This document shows, piece after piece, positions 20,224 through 29,439 of a stretch of DNA of 64,000 nucleotides. Location: positions 1-64,000 of the forward strand of contig JBECUL010000003.1 of the NCBI GenBank assembly GCA_040225955.1. Reading direction: 5' to 3'. The position numbers and the translations under genes are program-made. The notes beneath the pieces were generated by a model that did not search any database, was not told the DNA's origin, and was given only the letters and a program-made list of their open reading frames with translations. Each line of letters opens with the position of its first letter. Position 1 is the stretch's first letter. The stretch is from Candidatus Asgardarchaeum abyssi (GTDB taxonomy: Archaea; Asgardarchaeota; Asgardarchaeia; Asgardarchaeales; Asgardarchaeaceae).

Positions 20224-22173
20224 CTAAATCATCAGTAAGTATATTAATATCATAACAATCGCTGCGATGGCAATGTACACGTTTAGATATCCTATTTGTA
20301 TTCTTCTAAGCTTGTTACTGAACCAAATAAGCGCTCTACCTATACCAAACCATAATCTATCAAGGCCTCCTTTTTCCATGACCTTATATAAGCGACCAAA
20401 GAGAATCTTCGGAGAGAAGAAGAAAGCACTAGGATCAGGGCGTGTTTTTTCCATGGATAAGTAAGGTTCATCTACTTCTCCACCAGTAAAGATACCGAAT
20501 TTTCCTTCTGTCTCAGTGAAATGTCTAATGGTACCAAGTCTATAAGCAATAAATCCTAATAGCAAGGAGAATGTCAAGAGTATAACTATTAACGCTGCAT
20601 AGTATCCACCAACCGCACTAGCGACATATCCCAATGTAGATACAGTAAGAGTACCCCCAGCTAATGTTATTGCAGCTGGAATGATCAAGTAATTCAATGG
20701 GATATATGGTGCAATACCAAAAATGATACAAATGAGTGCTAAGACTACCATTGTTACTTGCATAGGTATGGGCACTTCTTTTACATTTTCCAACTTCGTA
20801 GGTCTTGATCCAAAGAATGCAGAAAATATAAACTTCATGACTCCTGCAAAGGTCATAGCACTGGCAAATATTGCAAAGATGCCATAGAATAAGTAAAGCC
20901 CTCCAATAGCTCCACCCATTGCTAAGCCAACACTTATTGCGGCCTCGTATATCATGAATTTACTAACAAAACCATTTAATGGAGGTATTCCTGATATAGC
21001 TAAGGCTCCTATAATACATGAAGCTGCCGTTACGGGCATATTTCTAGCCAATCCACCCATTTTTCGCAGATCTTTAGTCTTAGTTGCATATATTAGGCAA
21101 CCTGCTCCTAGGAATAATAGGCCTTTTATGAATACGTGATTAAAGAGATGGAAAAGCCCAGCAGCAATACCAAGAGTAGTTCCTATCCCGATAGCAAAAA
21201 ACATATAGCCAATTTGAGTGATCGTTGAGTATGCTAGGAGCCTTTTTACATCATTCTGAGCAATCATTGCAAATGAAGCAACAGCCATTGTTATGATACC
21301 AACAGTTGAAACAATAATGTTCCATTGTATCGTTATTGGGTATAGTAAATATACTCGCGCAATTAAATAAACACCAGCTTTTACCATTGCCGCTGCGTCC
21401 AATAGAGCTGTTAGTGGAGAGGGTGCCACTGTGGCATCTGGCAGCCAAGTGTGTATTGGAAACTGAACAGATTTAGCCATAGCTGCAACTAAATATAAGG
21501 CCAATATTATATTTAATGCAACTTGAGCGTCTTCTGGAAGTTGCGAAATTGCTGTAGGTATCTCTGAGTAAACTGTAGTTCCGGTGAGAAAGAAAGTCCA
21601 TATAGCACCAATAAGTAATCCAACACCTCCAGCATGTGTCAACATAATTGCCTTAAAGGAACCATGTAAGCTTTCAGGCTTTTTATAATAAAATCCAATT
21701 AGGCTGTAGGAGCATATTCCAACGATTTCCCAGAAAATGAACAGTAGTATTAGATCACCTGCAAATGCAAGTCCTATCATAGAACCGATAAATGTCAACA
21801 TTAGGAAATAAAACCTAGGAATTCCCTCTTCATGAGCCATATCTGCTGTTGAATAAAGTAAATCAAAGGCTCCAAAGAATGAAGCTGCGATGCCTATAAT
21901 TAAACTCAAAGCATCTACATAGAATGTGAAGCTGGTTCCTATCAATTTAGGAGCTACTAGAGGGATTATACTTGTTGACAATGTAGCTATAATTACTCTA
22001 TTGTTGAGTATAACCTCTGGTATTAAGAGAAAAACAATTCCTGCACTTATAAATACAAGTATAGTAGAATACCAACCAACTAACTTCTTTGAAAATTTCC
22101 CAATCAATGGCGTGAGAAATGCACCCAACATAGGTATTCCAACAGCCAAGTATACTAGTAATCCATAATCCAC
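20224..22173 (-). CDS. Antiporter-like membrane subunit (HyfB/NuoL/MrpA type)
   Basis: KSVQFPIHTWLPDA, MVKAGVY, KRLLAYST, C-terminal lateral helix and TM. Confidence 0.92.
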   Translation of the reverse strand: MDYGLLVYLAVGIPMLGAFLTPLIGKFSKKLVGWYSTILVFISAGIVFLLIPEVILNNRVIIATLSTSIIPLVAPKLIGTSFTFYVDALSLIIGIAASFFGAFDLLYSTADMAHEEGIPRFYFLMLTFIGSMIGLAFAGDLILLFIFWEIVGICSYSLIGFYYKKPESLHGSFKAIMLTHAGGVGLLIGAIWTFFLTGTTVYSEIPTAISQLPEDAQVALNIILALYLVAAMAKSVQFPIHTWLPDATVAPSPLTALLDAAAMVKAGVYLIARVYLLYPITIQWNIIVSTVGIITMAVASFAMIAQNDVKRLLAYSTITQIGYMFFAIGIGTTLGIAAGLFHLFNHVFIKGLLFLGAGCLIYATKTKDLRKMGGLARNMPVTAASCIIGALAISGIPPLNGFVSKFMIYEAAISVGLAMGGAIGGLYLFYGIFAIFASAMTFAGVMKFIFSAFFGSRPTKLENVKEVPIPMQVTMVVLALICIIFGIAPYIPLNYLIIPAAITLAGGTLTVSTLGYVASAVGGYYAALIVILLTFSLLLGFIAYRLGTIRHFTETEGKFGIFTGGEVDEPYLSMEKTRPDPSAFFFSPKILFGRLYKVMEKGGLDRLWFGIGRALIWFSNKLRRIQIGYLNVYIAIAAIVMILIYLLMI

Positions 22174-22175
22174 AT

Positions 22176-22658
22176 TTATCCCTCCGCCACAACCTTATAT
22201 GCGATTGCTAATTGTTTCTTTGCTTGTTCTCTCGGTACCAACTGTAATGCATAAGTCGGGCAAAACTTTACACATTCTGGGTCGCCATCGCAAAGATTAC
22301 ACTTTTCCGATATTCTAGCATTAACGTCAAACCATGGTACAGAAAGTGGACACATCATGTTGCAGAGGCGACATCCTATACACTTAGCAGGTTGAATTCT
22401 CACGATCCCAGTATTTTCATCCTTCACTATAGCATCTACTGGACATACTGCCATACAAATTGGGTCGTCACAGTGGTGACAATATATGGCTTCAAACCTT
22501 AGAGTTTTTAGATCAAAATATATACGAATATTCGACTTGGATAGATCTACAACTCCAAAGTGCTTATGAGAGCAAGCTATCATGCAGAAACGGCAACTTA
22601 CACATCTATCCGAATCATGAACAAGAACCATTTGCTCTGTTTCATTCGTCATTTGCAA
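22176..22658 (-). CDS. Polyferredoxin (HycB/CooF/DmsB-like), first gene of the hydrogenase operon
   Basis: CVSCRFCMIAC, CHHCDDPICMAVCP, CIGCRLCNMMCP, CNLC...CVKFCP. Confidence 0.92.
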   Translation of the reverse strand: MQMTNETEQMVLVHDSDRCVSCRFCMIACSHKHFGVVDLSKSNIRIYFDLKTLRFEAIYCHHCDDPICMAVCPVDAIVKDENTGIVRIQPAKCIGCRLCNMMCPLSVPWFDVNARISEKCNLCDGDPECVKFCPTYALQLVPREQAKKQLAIAYKVVAEG

Positions 22659-22959
22659 TCTCGCTCGCTATTATTTTTTGACAAGGTTTGATTATTTTTC
22701 GTTGATAGAGATTATATAACTTTTTATTAAAAAGTCTAAAAAGAGTCGATGAATATTTTTCTAATTATTGGCACTTTCCAAAAAAAATAAATTGTTTTAA
22801 CATCTTCTACAATATTTTTTATTTATTTTCTACAGATTTAGTTTAAAACAAGTTTCATTATTATTGCCATTACTAAAAGATAAATATGGATATTATTGTA
22901 AATATCCTCAATAATACTGTCGTTAAACATAAAAAAAGCATAAAAAAATTGTTAATTTA

Positions 22960-24324
22960 TCACTTAAACTGAAGTCCTAGCTCTTCTAGTTCTTTTTTTA
23001 CCTCCAAATAGAGCTTATAGTGTTCTTCCTTCGGTTCTAAGGTATCTAAGTTATAAAGCTCCTCAAACGGTTTTCCAACGGGAGCTACTTCAAAATCTAA
23101 CTTATCTTTGTACTTGTTATAAAGTTCTAAAACTATTTCATTGGCATCTTCTCTTTTGAGTTTAGCTGCAGCATGGGCTATTTCTCCAAACAGTCTTGCC
23201 ATCAGTGGACTGTTATGATTATCATATTTTAGATCGGCAGGTCTTGGTCCCGCAACATGACTTCCGCTTGGAACAACGGCTATTTCCAGAGCAGCAAATT
23301 CATAAGCATACTGTTTTGATCCAGGTCTCCCAGAAGTTGTATGACTCGTAAGGTTAATTAATTTAGTATTTCTAGCTATAGCTTGTTTCACTCGACTGGC
23401 CATCCAGAGCGAGTGAATATTCGTCTGCGATTTATACTTTATATGTTGAGGCCCCATATGGAGTATTTCTGCGCCTAACATGAGCTCAGCAATATGTGTA
23501 GCCACACCAACTATAGCTGTACCTTCAGGGCCTCCTCCATAACCTCCTACTAATGGGGTTGCTGCAATGTAAATTGGATTCCCTCGATATTTATAGAAAG
23601 CTATTCTTCCAAGTCCAATATCATCAATTTGTAATTCCGAGATAATCATTATTACAACTGGATCTGTTTTTCTTAAAAATCCCTCAAGAGCCATTGCAAT
23701 ATCATGCATAGCCATTTCTGCAAATGCAACTATTGGCATTCCAGGTCTTCCAGCTCTAGAAGTTGCTTCTCTTGCCCATTTTATGTATAGTAAAGCCTTG
23801 TATATTGCAAGCGCTGACTCGGGTCTTACATCTATTCCGTAGAGCGAACGAATATATCCCGGCAGTTCTAGTAGATCGATTATTTCCTCTCTTGCATAAG
23901 CCTCGTTCATGAGAACAAATACTTTTTCAGATACATCACAGTTAAATGGGCCTCCAAAAATTATTGGTGGCTTCGTATCTTCAACACCACGAGGATATAG
24001 AACTCTTCTATTTTTTCCTTCACCTACTTCTAGTTTGTCTTTTGCATTTTTCAATGCATGCTTAACTTCACTCTCGTCAAAGATTATTCTTCTTCTCGTG
24101 TTTATACAATATATTCCTGTCTCCAAAAATAATCTGTATCCAAGTTCCCAGAGTTCATCAGCAACGCTATTATCAGTATTGACAGGTTCTTCTGGATTAA
24201 ATTTGATGTCTGTTTCTTTTAATAATTCTCTTACTTTTGCAGCTAAAAGCCTGAGACTAAAATCTTCTGCACTCATCATAGGACCTGTTTCAGCTCTTTT
24301 AGCAATCTCAACAAAATTTACCAT
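22960..24324 (-). CDS. MtmB-family methyltransferase homologue 1, pyrrolysine-free
   Basis: RAETGP, GRPGMP, SELQID, PLVGGYGGGPEG, GKPFEELY...LEELGL; Val199 at the Pyl position. Confidence 0.9.
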   Translation of the reverse strand: MVNFVEIAKRAETGPMMSAEDFSLRLLAAKVRELLKETDIKFNPEEPVNTDNSVADELWELGYRLFLETGIYCINTRRRIIFDESEVKHALKNAKDKLEVGEGKNRRVLYPRGVEDTKPPIIFGGPFNCDVSEKVFVLMNEAYAREEIIDLLELPGYIRSLYGIDVRPESALAIYKALLYIKWAREATSRAGRPGMPIVAFAEMAMHDIAMALEGFLRKTDPVVIMIISELQIDDIGLGRIAFYKYRGNPIYIAATPLVGGYGGGPEGTAIVGVATHIAELMLGAEILHMGPQHIKYKSQTNIHSLWMASRVKQAIARNTKLINLTSHTTSGRPGSKQYAYEFAALEIAVVPSGSHVAGPRPADLKYDNHNSPLMARLFGEIAHAAAKLKREDANEIVLELYNKYKDKLDFEVAPVGKPFEELYNLDTLEPKEEHYKLYLEVKKELEELGLQFK

Positions 24325-24350
24325 CTTATCACCAACCTTACATTAATAAC

Positions 24351-26150
24351 TTATTCTTTATAACTCCAACCTCTAAGCTTGTAATATTCTCTAACAAACT
24401 CCTCAACATCTATAGTTTTCGGAATATCACACACATATCTTGGAACAACTTTAAATCTTAGAGGCAGTAATTCGTCCTCCTTAGAAATTCCAATCTTCTC
24501 ATTAAATTCTCGTTTCAAACTAACAATCTTCTCTCCTATCTTTAACATATCTTCTAAAGATATTTCTATTCCAGTTACGGCCTCATAAAATTCTGGCACT
24601 AACGATGGTGGTGTTTGACCTGCCCATGATTCAAAGGCAAATAAACAGAAAATCATAGACTCAACAACCTCTGTGAAGTCTTCAGTAATGACAACAGCCC
24701 TTGCAACATCATACGGTGTTGGATCTTCGATTTGCTCTATTCCAAGGTCGGGATTTCCATATATTAGAAATCCTGCGTCGGCACGGCTATGATCTGGGCC
24801 GTAGGGGCTAATTGCATATTTTAATCCCATCCCTATATACGTTCTTGGATCATGCATTGGAATAGCATCATTCTTAACAACAATAAAGCTATCTTTTGAT
24901 TCTGGACCTAAAGTTTCAATTATTTTTCTGGGTCCCTCTGCAATTATATTGCCGAAACCAATTCTTTTAGCAATCTTATCAATAACATCCAAAATTGCAT
25001 CTCCGCATCCCCACTTTAAAGATATATCCTCTTTTTCTAAAAGGCCTTTTTCTTGCAGCTCTGTTAAAGCTGCTATTATCGATCCAGTAATAATGGTGTC
25101 CATACCATATCGGTTACATAGCTCATTAGCCTTTATGAGAGGCTCTACCTCGTTAATGAGGTTTAAACTGCCCAATGCAGCTAAACTTTCGTACTCAGGG
25201 CCTTTTTGTTTCTCAGCTTTAAACTTTCCTTCTTTAATTTCTACTATGACCTTGCATGCAACTGGGCAATTAAAACACGCCTTATGCTGAACAAAATAAC
25301 CCTTATTCTTCATTGTAATAACACTAATATTTTGTGCATTTTTCACATCCCAATCATCTAAGAGCCAGTTCTTAAGAGGCAAATCCTTTTTTCTAAGTAG
25401 AAATGATAAATCTCCTCCAGTCCCACCTTCAGAGATGAATTTTATCCCTGGTTTCTCTTTTATAATTTTAAGTAATTGCTTATTGAGCTCTTTGACTTTA
25501 TCTGGGTCATAAACTCTAACTTTATTAGTTCCGCGAACTACAATTGCCTTTAACTTTTTGGCACCCATAACAGCACCAAGACCTCGTCTACCAGCAGCGC
25601 ATCCCATATCGTTTAGTATAGATGCGAATCTTACTAAATTTTCACCAGCTTGGCCGATAGTTAAAACTTTACTCTTCTCTCCATGAATCTTCTTTAGGTA
25701 AATCTCTGTTTCATAAGTATCTAGTCCCCATATTTCGCTCGCATCATTTAATTCAATTTTATCATCAAATATAGATATATAAACTGGTTTTTCACTAGCC
25801 CCCTCAACGATTATTGCGTCGTAACCAGCAAATTTTAACTCTGCCCCCCAAAATCCTCCAGCGTCAGATTGTCCCCAAAATCCCGTCAGCGGGGATTTTG
25901 CAGAAATAATATGTCTTCCAGTCATAAATACCGACGTTCCAGTAAGAGGCCCTACTGCGAATACTAACTTGTTATTTGGAGATAGTGGATCTACCTTTGG
26001 ATCAACTTCTGAGGTGATTATCTTTGTTGCAAAGCCAACTCCACCAAGAAACTCTTTGATTATACCATTTTTCAAATCTTCAACTTTAATATCACCCGAT
26101 GATAGATTTATCCTTAAGATTCTTCCGCAGTACCCATAATATTCAATCAT
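24351..26150 (-). CDS. aor: Tungsten aldehyde:ferredoxin oxidoreductase family protein
   Basis: KSPLTG, GRRGLGAVMG, CFNCPVAC, GPEYE, MHDPR; ATG at 26150 follows a GGTG RBS. Confidence 0.92.
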   Translation of the reverse strand: MIEYYGYCGRILRINLSSGDIKVEDLKNGIIKEFLGGVGFATKIITSEVDPKVDPLSPNNKLVFAVGPLTGTSVFMTGRHIISAKSPLTGFWGQSDAGGFWGAELKFAGYDAIIVEGASEKPVYISIFDDKIELNDASEIWGLDTYETEIYLKKIHGEKSKVLTIGQAGENLVRFASILNDMGCAAGRRGLGAVMGAKKLKAIVVRGTNKVRVYDPDKVKELNKQLLKIIKEKPGIKFISEGGTGGDLSFLLRKKDLPLKNWLLDDWDVKNAQNISVITMKNKGYFVQHKACFNCPVACKVIVEIKEGKFKAEKQKGPEYESLAALGSLNLINEVEPLIKANELCNRYGMDTIITGSIIAALTELQEKGLLEKEDISLKWGCGDAILDVIDKIAKRIGFGNIIAEGPRKIIETLGPESKDSFIVVKNDAIPMHDPRTYIGMGLKYAISPYGPDHSRADAGFLIYGNPDLGIEQIEDPTPYDVARAVVITEDFTEVVESMIFCLFAFESWAGQTPPSLVPEFYEAVTGIEISLEDMLKIGEKIVSLKREFNEKIGISKEDELLPLRFKVVPRYVCDIPKTIDVEEFVREYYKLRGWSYKE

Positions 26151-26192
26151 TATTAACACCACCGAGATTTATGCATAGATTTAAATGAATAT

Positions 26193-27200
26193 TCATTTCT
26201 TAAAAACAGGAATTACTTCATTGCCTATTAATTTCAAAGCCTTCTCTATATCTTTGCCCAGAGGATATCCAAAGACTATATGCGTAACCCCTAAATCTAC
26301 CATTCTCCTTATCTTCTTAATAATCTCCTCTGGTGTTCCAGTCAATGAAAAATCGTTTATTATATCGTCTGTTATAAGGTTAGTTGCTTGCTCGCTTTTT
26401 CCCTCGTCCATGAGTTTGTATATTTTAATAATTACATCTGTCTCATGTCCTGCTTCCTTTAAAATTTCCATGGGCTCTCTGTAAATAACTGCAGGCATGT
26501 GCGGCTTAACAAATTCTTTTGCCTCATCAGAATCTTCAGATATTGAGCTATACATCCAATTTGCAATAGAAAAGTTCGAAGGATCACGTCCCGCTTTTTT
26601 AAGTCCTCTCATCACATACTTTTTTGAGCAATCAATCATTTTCTCAGAACAGGATCCAAAGATCACACCATCGGCAATTTTCCCACTAAGTGTTAACATC
26701 TGAGGCCTTCTTGCACCAATAAATATAGGCACGTTAACTGGCTCATCTTTGAATTGCAGATTGCAAACTCTAAAATTATAACTCTCCATACTTAGTTTTT
26801 CTCCACGTAAAAGTTTTCTAATCGCAATTACTGCATCTCTAACAGTAGCTATTGGCTTATTCCACATCTCATAACACAACGGAGGAAGAGCGGATCCACC
26901 ACCAGCTCCTATACCAAGTATAACGCGACCGTTAGAAATAGAATATAATGTTCTAATAGTTCTTGCTATCATAGCGGGATGTCTTGTATAGGGGTTGCAG
27001 ATTGATGGCCCAACAATAACTTTTTTTGTTGCAAGAGCTATTGCTGCAAGTGTAATGAAGGTATCATTACAATCATAACTAGGATTCAAATCAGGAAGCC
27101 ATACATAGTCAAAACCTAATTTTTCAGCCTCAACAGACCACTTAACTATATCCTCTATAGGGAAATGTGTATATGGACTGAATACAAATTTCACGCTCAT
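26193..27200 (-). CDS. LLM-class (Mer-like, probably F420-dependent) oxidoreductase, paralogue 2
   Basis: Same motifs as, and clearly paralogous to, 11836-12864. Confidence 0.85.
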   Translation of the reverse strand: MSVKFVFSPYTHFPIEDIVKWSVEAEKLGFDYVWLPDLNPSYDCNDTFITLAAIALATKKVIVGPSICNPYTRHPAMIARTIRTLYSISNGRVILGIGAGGGSALPPLCYEMWNKPIATVRDAVIAIRKLLRGEKLSMESYNFRVCNLQFKDEPVNVPIFIGARRPQMLTLSGKIADGVIFGSCSEKMIDCSKKYVMRGLKKAGRDPSNFSIANWMYSSISEDSDEAKEFVKPHMPAVIYREPMEILKEAGHETDVIIKIYKLMDEGKSEQATNLITDDIINDFSLTGTPEEIIKKIRRMVDLGVTHIVFGYPLGKDIEKALKLIGNEVIPVFKK

Positions 27201-27387
27201 GTTAAATTCCTCGAATATATTTTTATATATTTTATATACATTATAACTTATTTATTTTCCAATTTAAAATTGGACTTATCTCAACGTTCTTATCTTCTTA
27301 TGAACGTTATCTTTTTGATCTTTCAAAAATTGATGTAATAAAAGCCACAAAGTTTACTGTAATATAAAAGAAAAAAGAAAATGATAG

Positions 27388-28752
27388 CTAAAGCTCTAGT
27401 CCTAATTCCTCTAATTCTCTTTTCACTTCTTCATATTCTTTCAAATGTTCTGGCTTTGGTTGTAAGGTGTCTAAATCGTAAAGTTCTTCAAATGGTTTCC
27501 CAACTGGAGACACTTGAAAATCTAACTTATCTTTATACTTCTTATAAAGCTCTAAAACAATTTCATTAGCGGTTTCAAGTTTTATTTTTGCTGCTGCGTG
27601 AGCTATTTCACCAAATAACCTTGCCATTAATGGGCTATTGTGGTTATCATATTTTAAGTCAGCAGGTCGTGGTCCGGAAACATGACTTCCAGCAGTGACT
27701 ACAGCTATTTCTAGGGCAGCAAACTCGTAAGCGAATTGCTTTGATCCTGGTCGCCCAGCAGTAGTATGACTAGTAGTATGAATCATTTTTGAATTTTTAC
27801 TAACTGCTTGTTTTGCTCTACTTGCGACCCATAATGAGTGAATGTTCGTTTGCGACTTATATTTTATATGTTGCGGCCCCAAATGTATAATATCCCCATT
27901 AAGCATTACAGCTGCTATATGTTCTGCAACAGATACTATTGCTACGGTAACTGGATCTCCAGCGAATCCACCCACTAATGGTGTAAACGCTATGTATATG
28001 GGTGGTCCAGTAGCGATATAGTATCCCAACCTAACTAGGGAAACATCGTCTATTTTTAACTCAGGTAACATAACTATCGCTCTTGGATCAGTCTTTCTTA
28101 ATCCCCACTCCTCATTGCTTGCCCCAATTTCATGCATTCCCATTAGGGCATGGGCAACTACTGGCATCCCCGGTCTTCCAGCTCTCGAAAGAGCTTCACG
28201 TGTCCACTTAGCATAAAGTATTACTGTCTGTGGGGATAATCCTGAATTGGGCCTTATTTCTAGGCCATACATTTTCTTTAAATAGCCAGGAAGAAAGAGG
28301 ACGTCAATTATTTCTTCTCTTGCATATGCTTCGTTCATAGGAACAAACACTTCTTCTGTGACATCGCAGTTAAATGGTCCTCCAAAAATTATTGGTGGTG
28401 TACTATCTTCTATACCACGAGGGTAGAGAACTCTTCTATCTTTTCCTTCACCAATTTCAAGTCTATCTCTTACATTTTTTAGTGCATGCTTGACTTCACT
28501 TTCTTCAAAAAGGATTAATCTACGAGTGTTAACACAATAGATACCTGTCTCTAAAAAGAATTTGAAACCTGCTTCCCATAAATCATCAGCAAGTGTTAAA
28601 TCCGTATTGACTGGCTCATTTGGATCAAACGTAACATCCAATTCTTTTTTTATTTCTCTTAGTTTCATTGCTATTTTTTTCATATCAAAATCTTCTTCTG
28701 CTATCATGGGGCCTGTTTCAGCGCGTCGAGCCACTTCAATAAAATTGACCAA
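27388..28752 (-). CDS. MtmB-family methyltransferase homologue 2, pyrrolysine-free
   Basis: 454 aa; paralogue of 22960-24324; GRPGMPVVAH with Val199 at the Pyl position. Confidence 0.9.
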   Translation of the reverse strand: MVNFIEVARRAETGPMIAEEDFDMKKIAMKLREIKKELDVTFDPNEPVNTDLTLADDLWEAGFKFFLETGIYCVNTRRLILFEESEVKHALKNVRDRLEIGEGKDRRVLYPRGIEDSTPPIIFGGPFNCDVTEEVFVPMNEAYAREEIIDVLFLPGYLKKMYGLEIRPNSGLSPQTVILYAKWTREALSRAGRPGMPVVAHALMGMHEIGASNEEWGLRKTDPRAIVMLPELKIDDVSLVRLGYYIATGPPIYIAFTPLVGGFAGDPVTVAIVSVAEHIAAVMLNGDIIHLGPQHIKYKSQTNIHSLWVASRAKQAVSKNSKMIHTTSHTTAGRPGSKQFAYEFAALEIAVVTAGSHVSGPRPADLKYDNHNSPLMARLFGEIAHAAAKIKLETANEIVLELYKKYKDKLDFQVSPVGKPFEELYDLDTLQPKPEHLKEYEEVKRELEELGLEL

Positions 28753-28755
28753 GTT

Positions 28756-29427
28756 TCAGCCCCCCTTCTTTTTCTTTTGTTCCATCAATCTTTCACAAAG
28801 TTTCACGGCCTCGATAGCATCTCTAGCATACCCATCTGCGCCTATTTCATCTGCCCACTTCTGAGAACATGGAGCACCTCCAACTATAACAAGATATTTA
28901 TCTCTTTTTCCTTGACTTTTGAGATACTCTATGAGGTCTCTCTGTTTCATCATTGTTGTGGTAAGCAGTGCTGATGTTGCAATTATATCCGCGTTTACTT
29001 CTTCAGCGGCTTGTAAAAATCTTGGTATTGGAACATCTTTTCCAAGGTCATAAACATCGAATCCAGCTGATTGAAGCATAGCAATGACTATAGTTTTACC
29101 GATATCATGAATGTCGCCCTCAACAGTTCCTATTACAACTACGCCTTTCTTTTCTACTTTTTGTCCACGTCTTACTATCTCTTCTTTAAGAACATCGACA
29201 GCTGCTTTCATAGCATCAGCGCCCATTATTAACTCTGGCAGAAAAATTTCCATTCTGTCAAATTTTTCGCCCAATTCTCTAATTGCAACCGCAAATCCTT
29301 TTTCAATAGCCTCAAGAGGGTCTATTCCAGCCTCAATAGCCTCCTTTGCTAGTTTTACTGCTAAATCCTTATCATAGTTATAAATTGCCTCTTGCATCTT
29401 CTTAAATAACTCTTCTTTATCCACCAT
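28756..29427 (-). CDS. Methyltransferase corrinoid protein (MtmC/MttC-like)
   Basis: Four-helix cap plus B12-binding DIHDIGK, SALLTTTM, GGAP. Confidence 0.95.
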   Translation of the reverse strand: MVDKEELFKKMQEAIYNYDKDLAVKLAKEAIEAGIDPLEAIEKGFAVAIRELGEKFDRMEIFLPELIMGADAMKAAVDVLKEEIVRRGQKVEKKGVVVIGTVEGDIHDIGKTIVIAMLQSAGFDVYDLGKDVPIPRFLQAAEEVNADIIATSALLTTTMMKQRDLIEYLKSQGKRDKYLVIVGGAPCSQKWADEIGADGYARDAIEAVKLCERLMEQKKKKGG

Positions 29428-29439
29428 AACTTTTTCCTC

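Noticed and set aside
13397-22173. Complex I / Fpo
   Set aside because: The large subunit has both NiFe CxxC motifs and a maturation extension, so it is a hydrogenase
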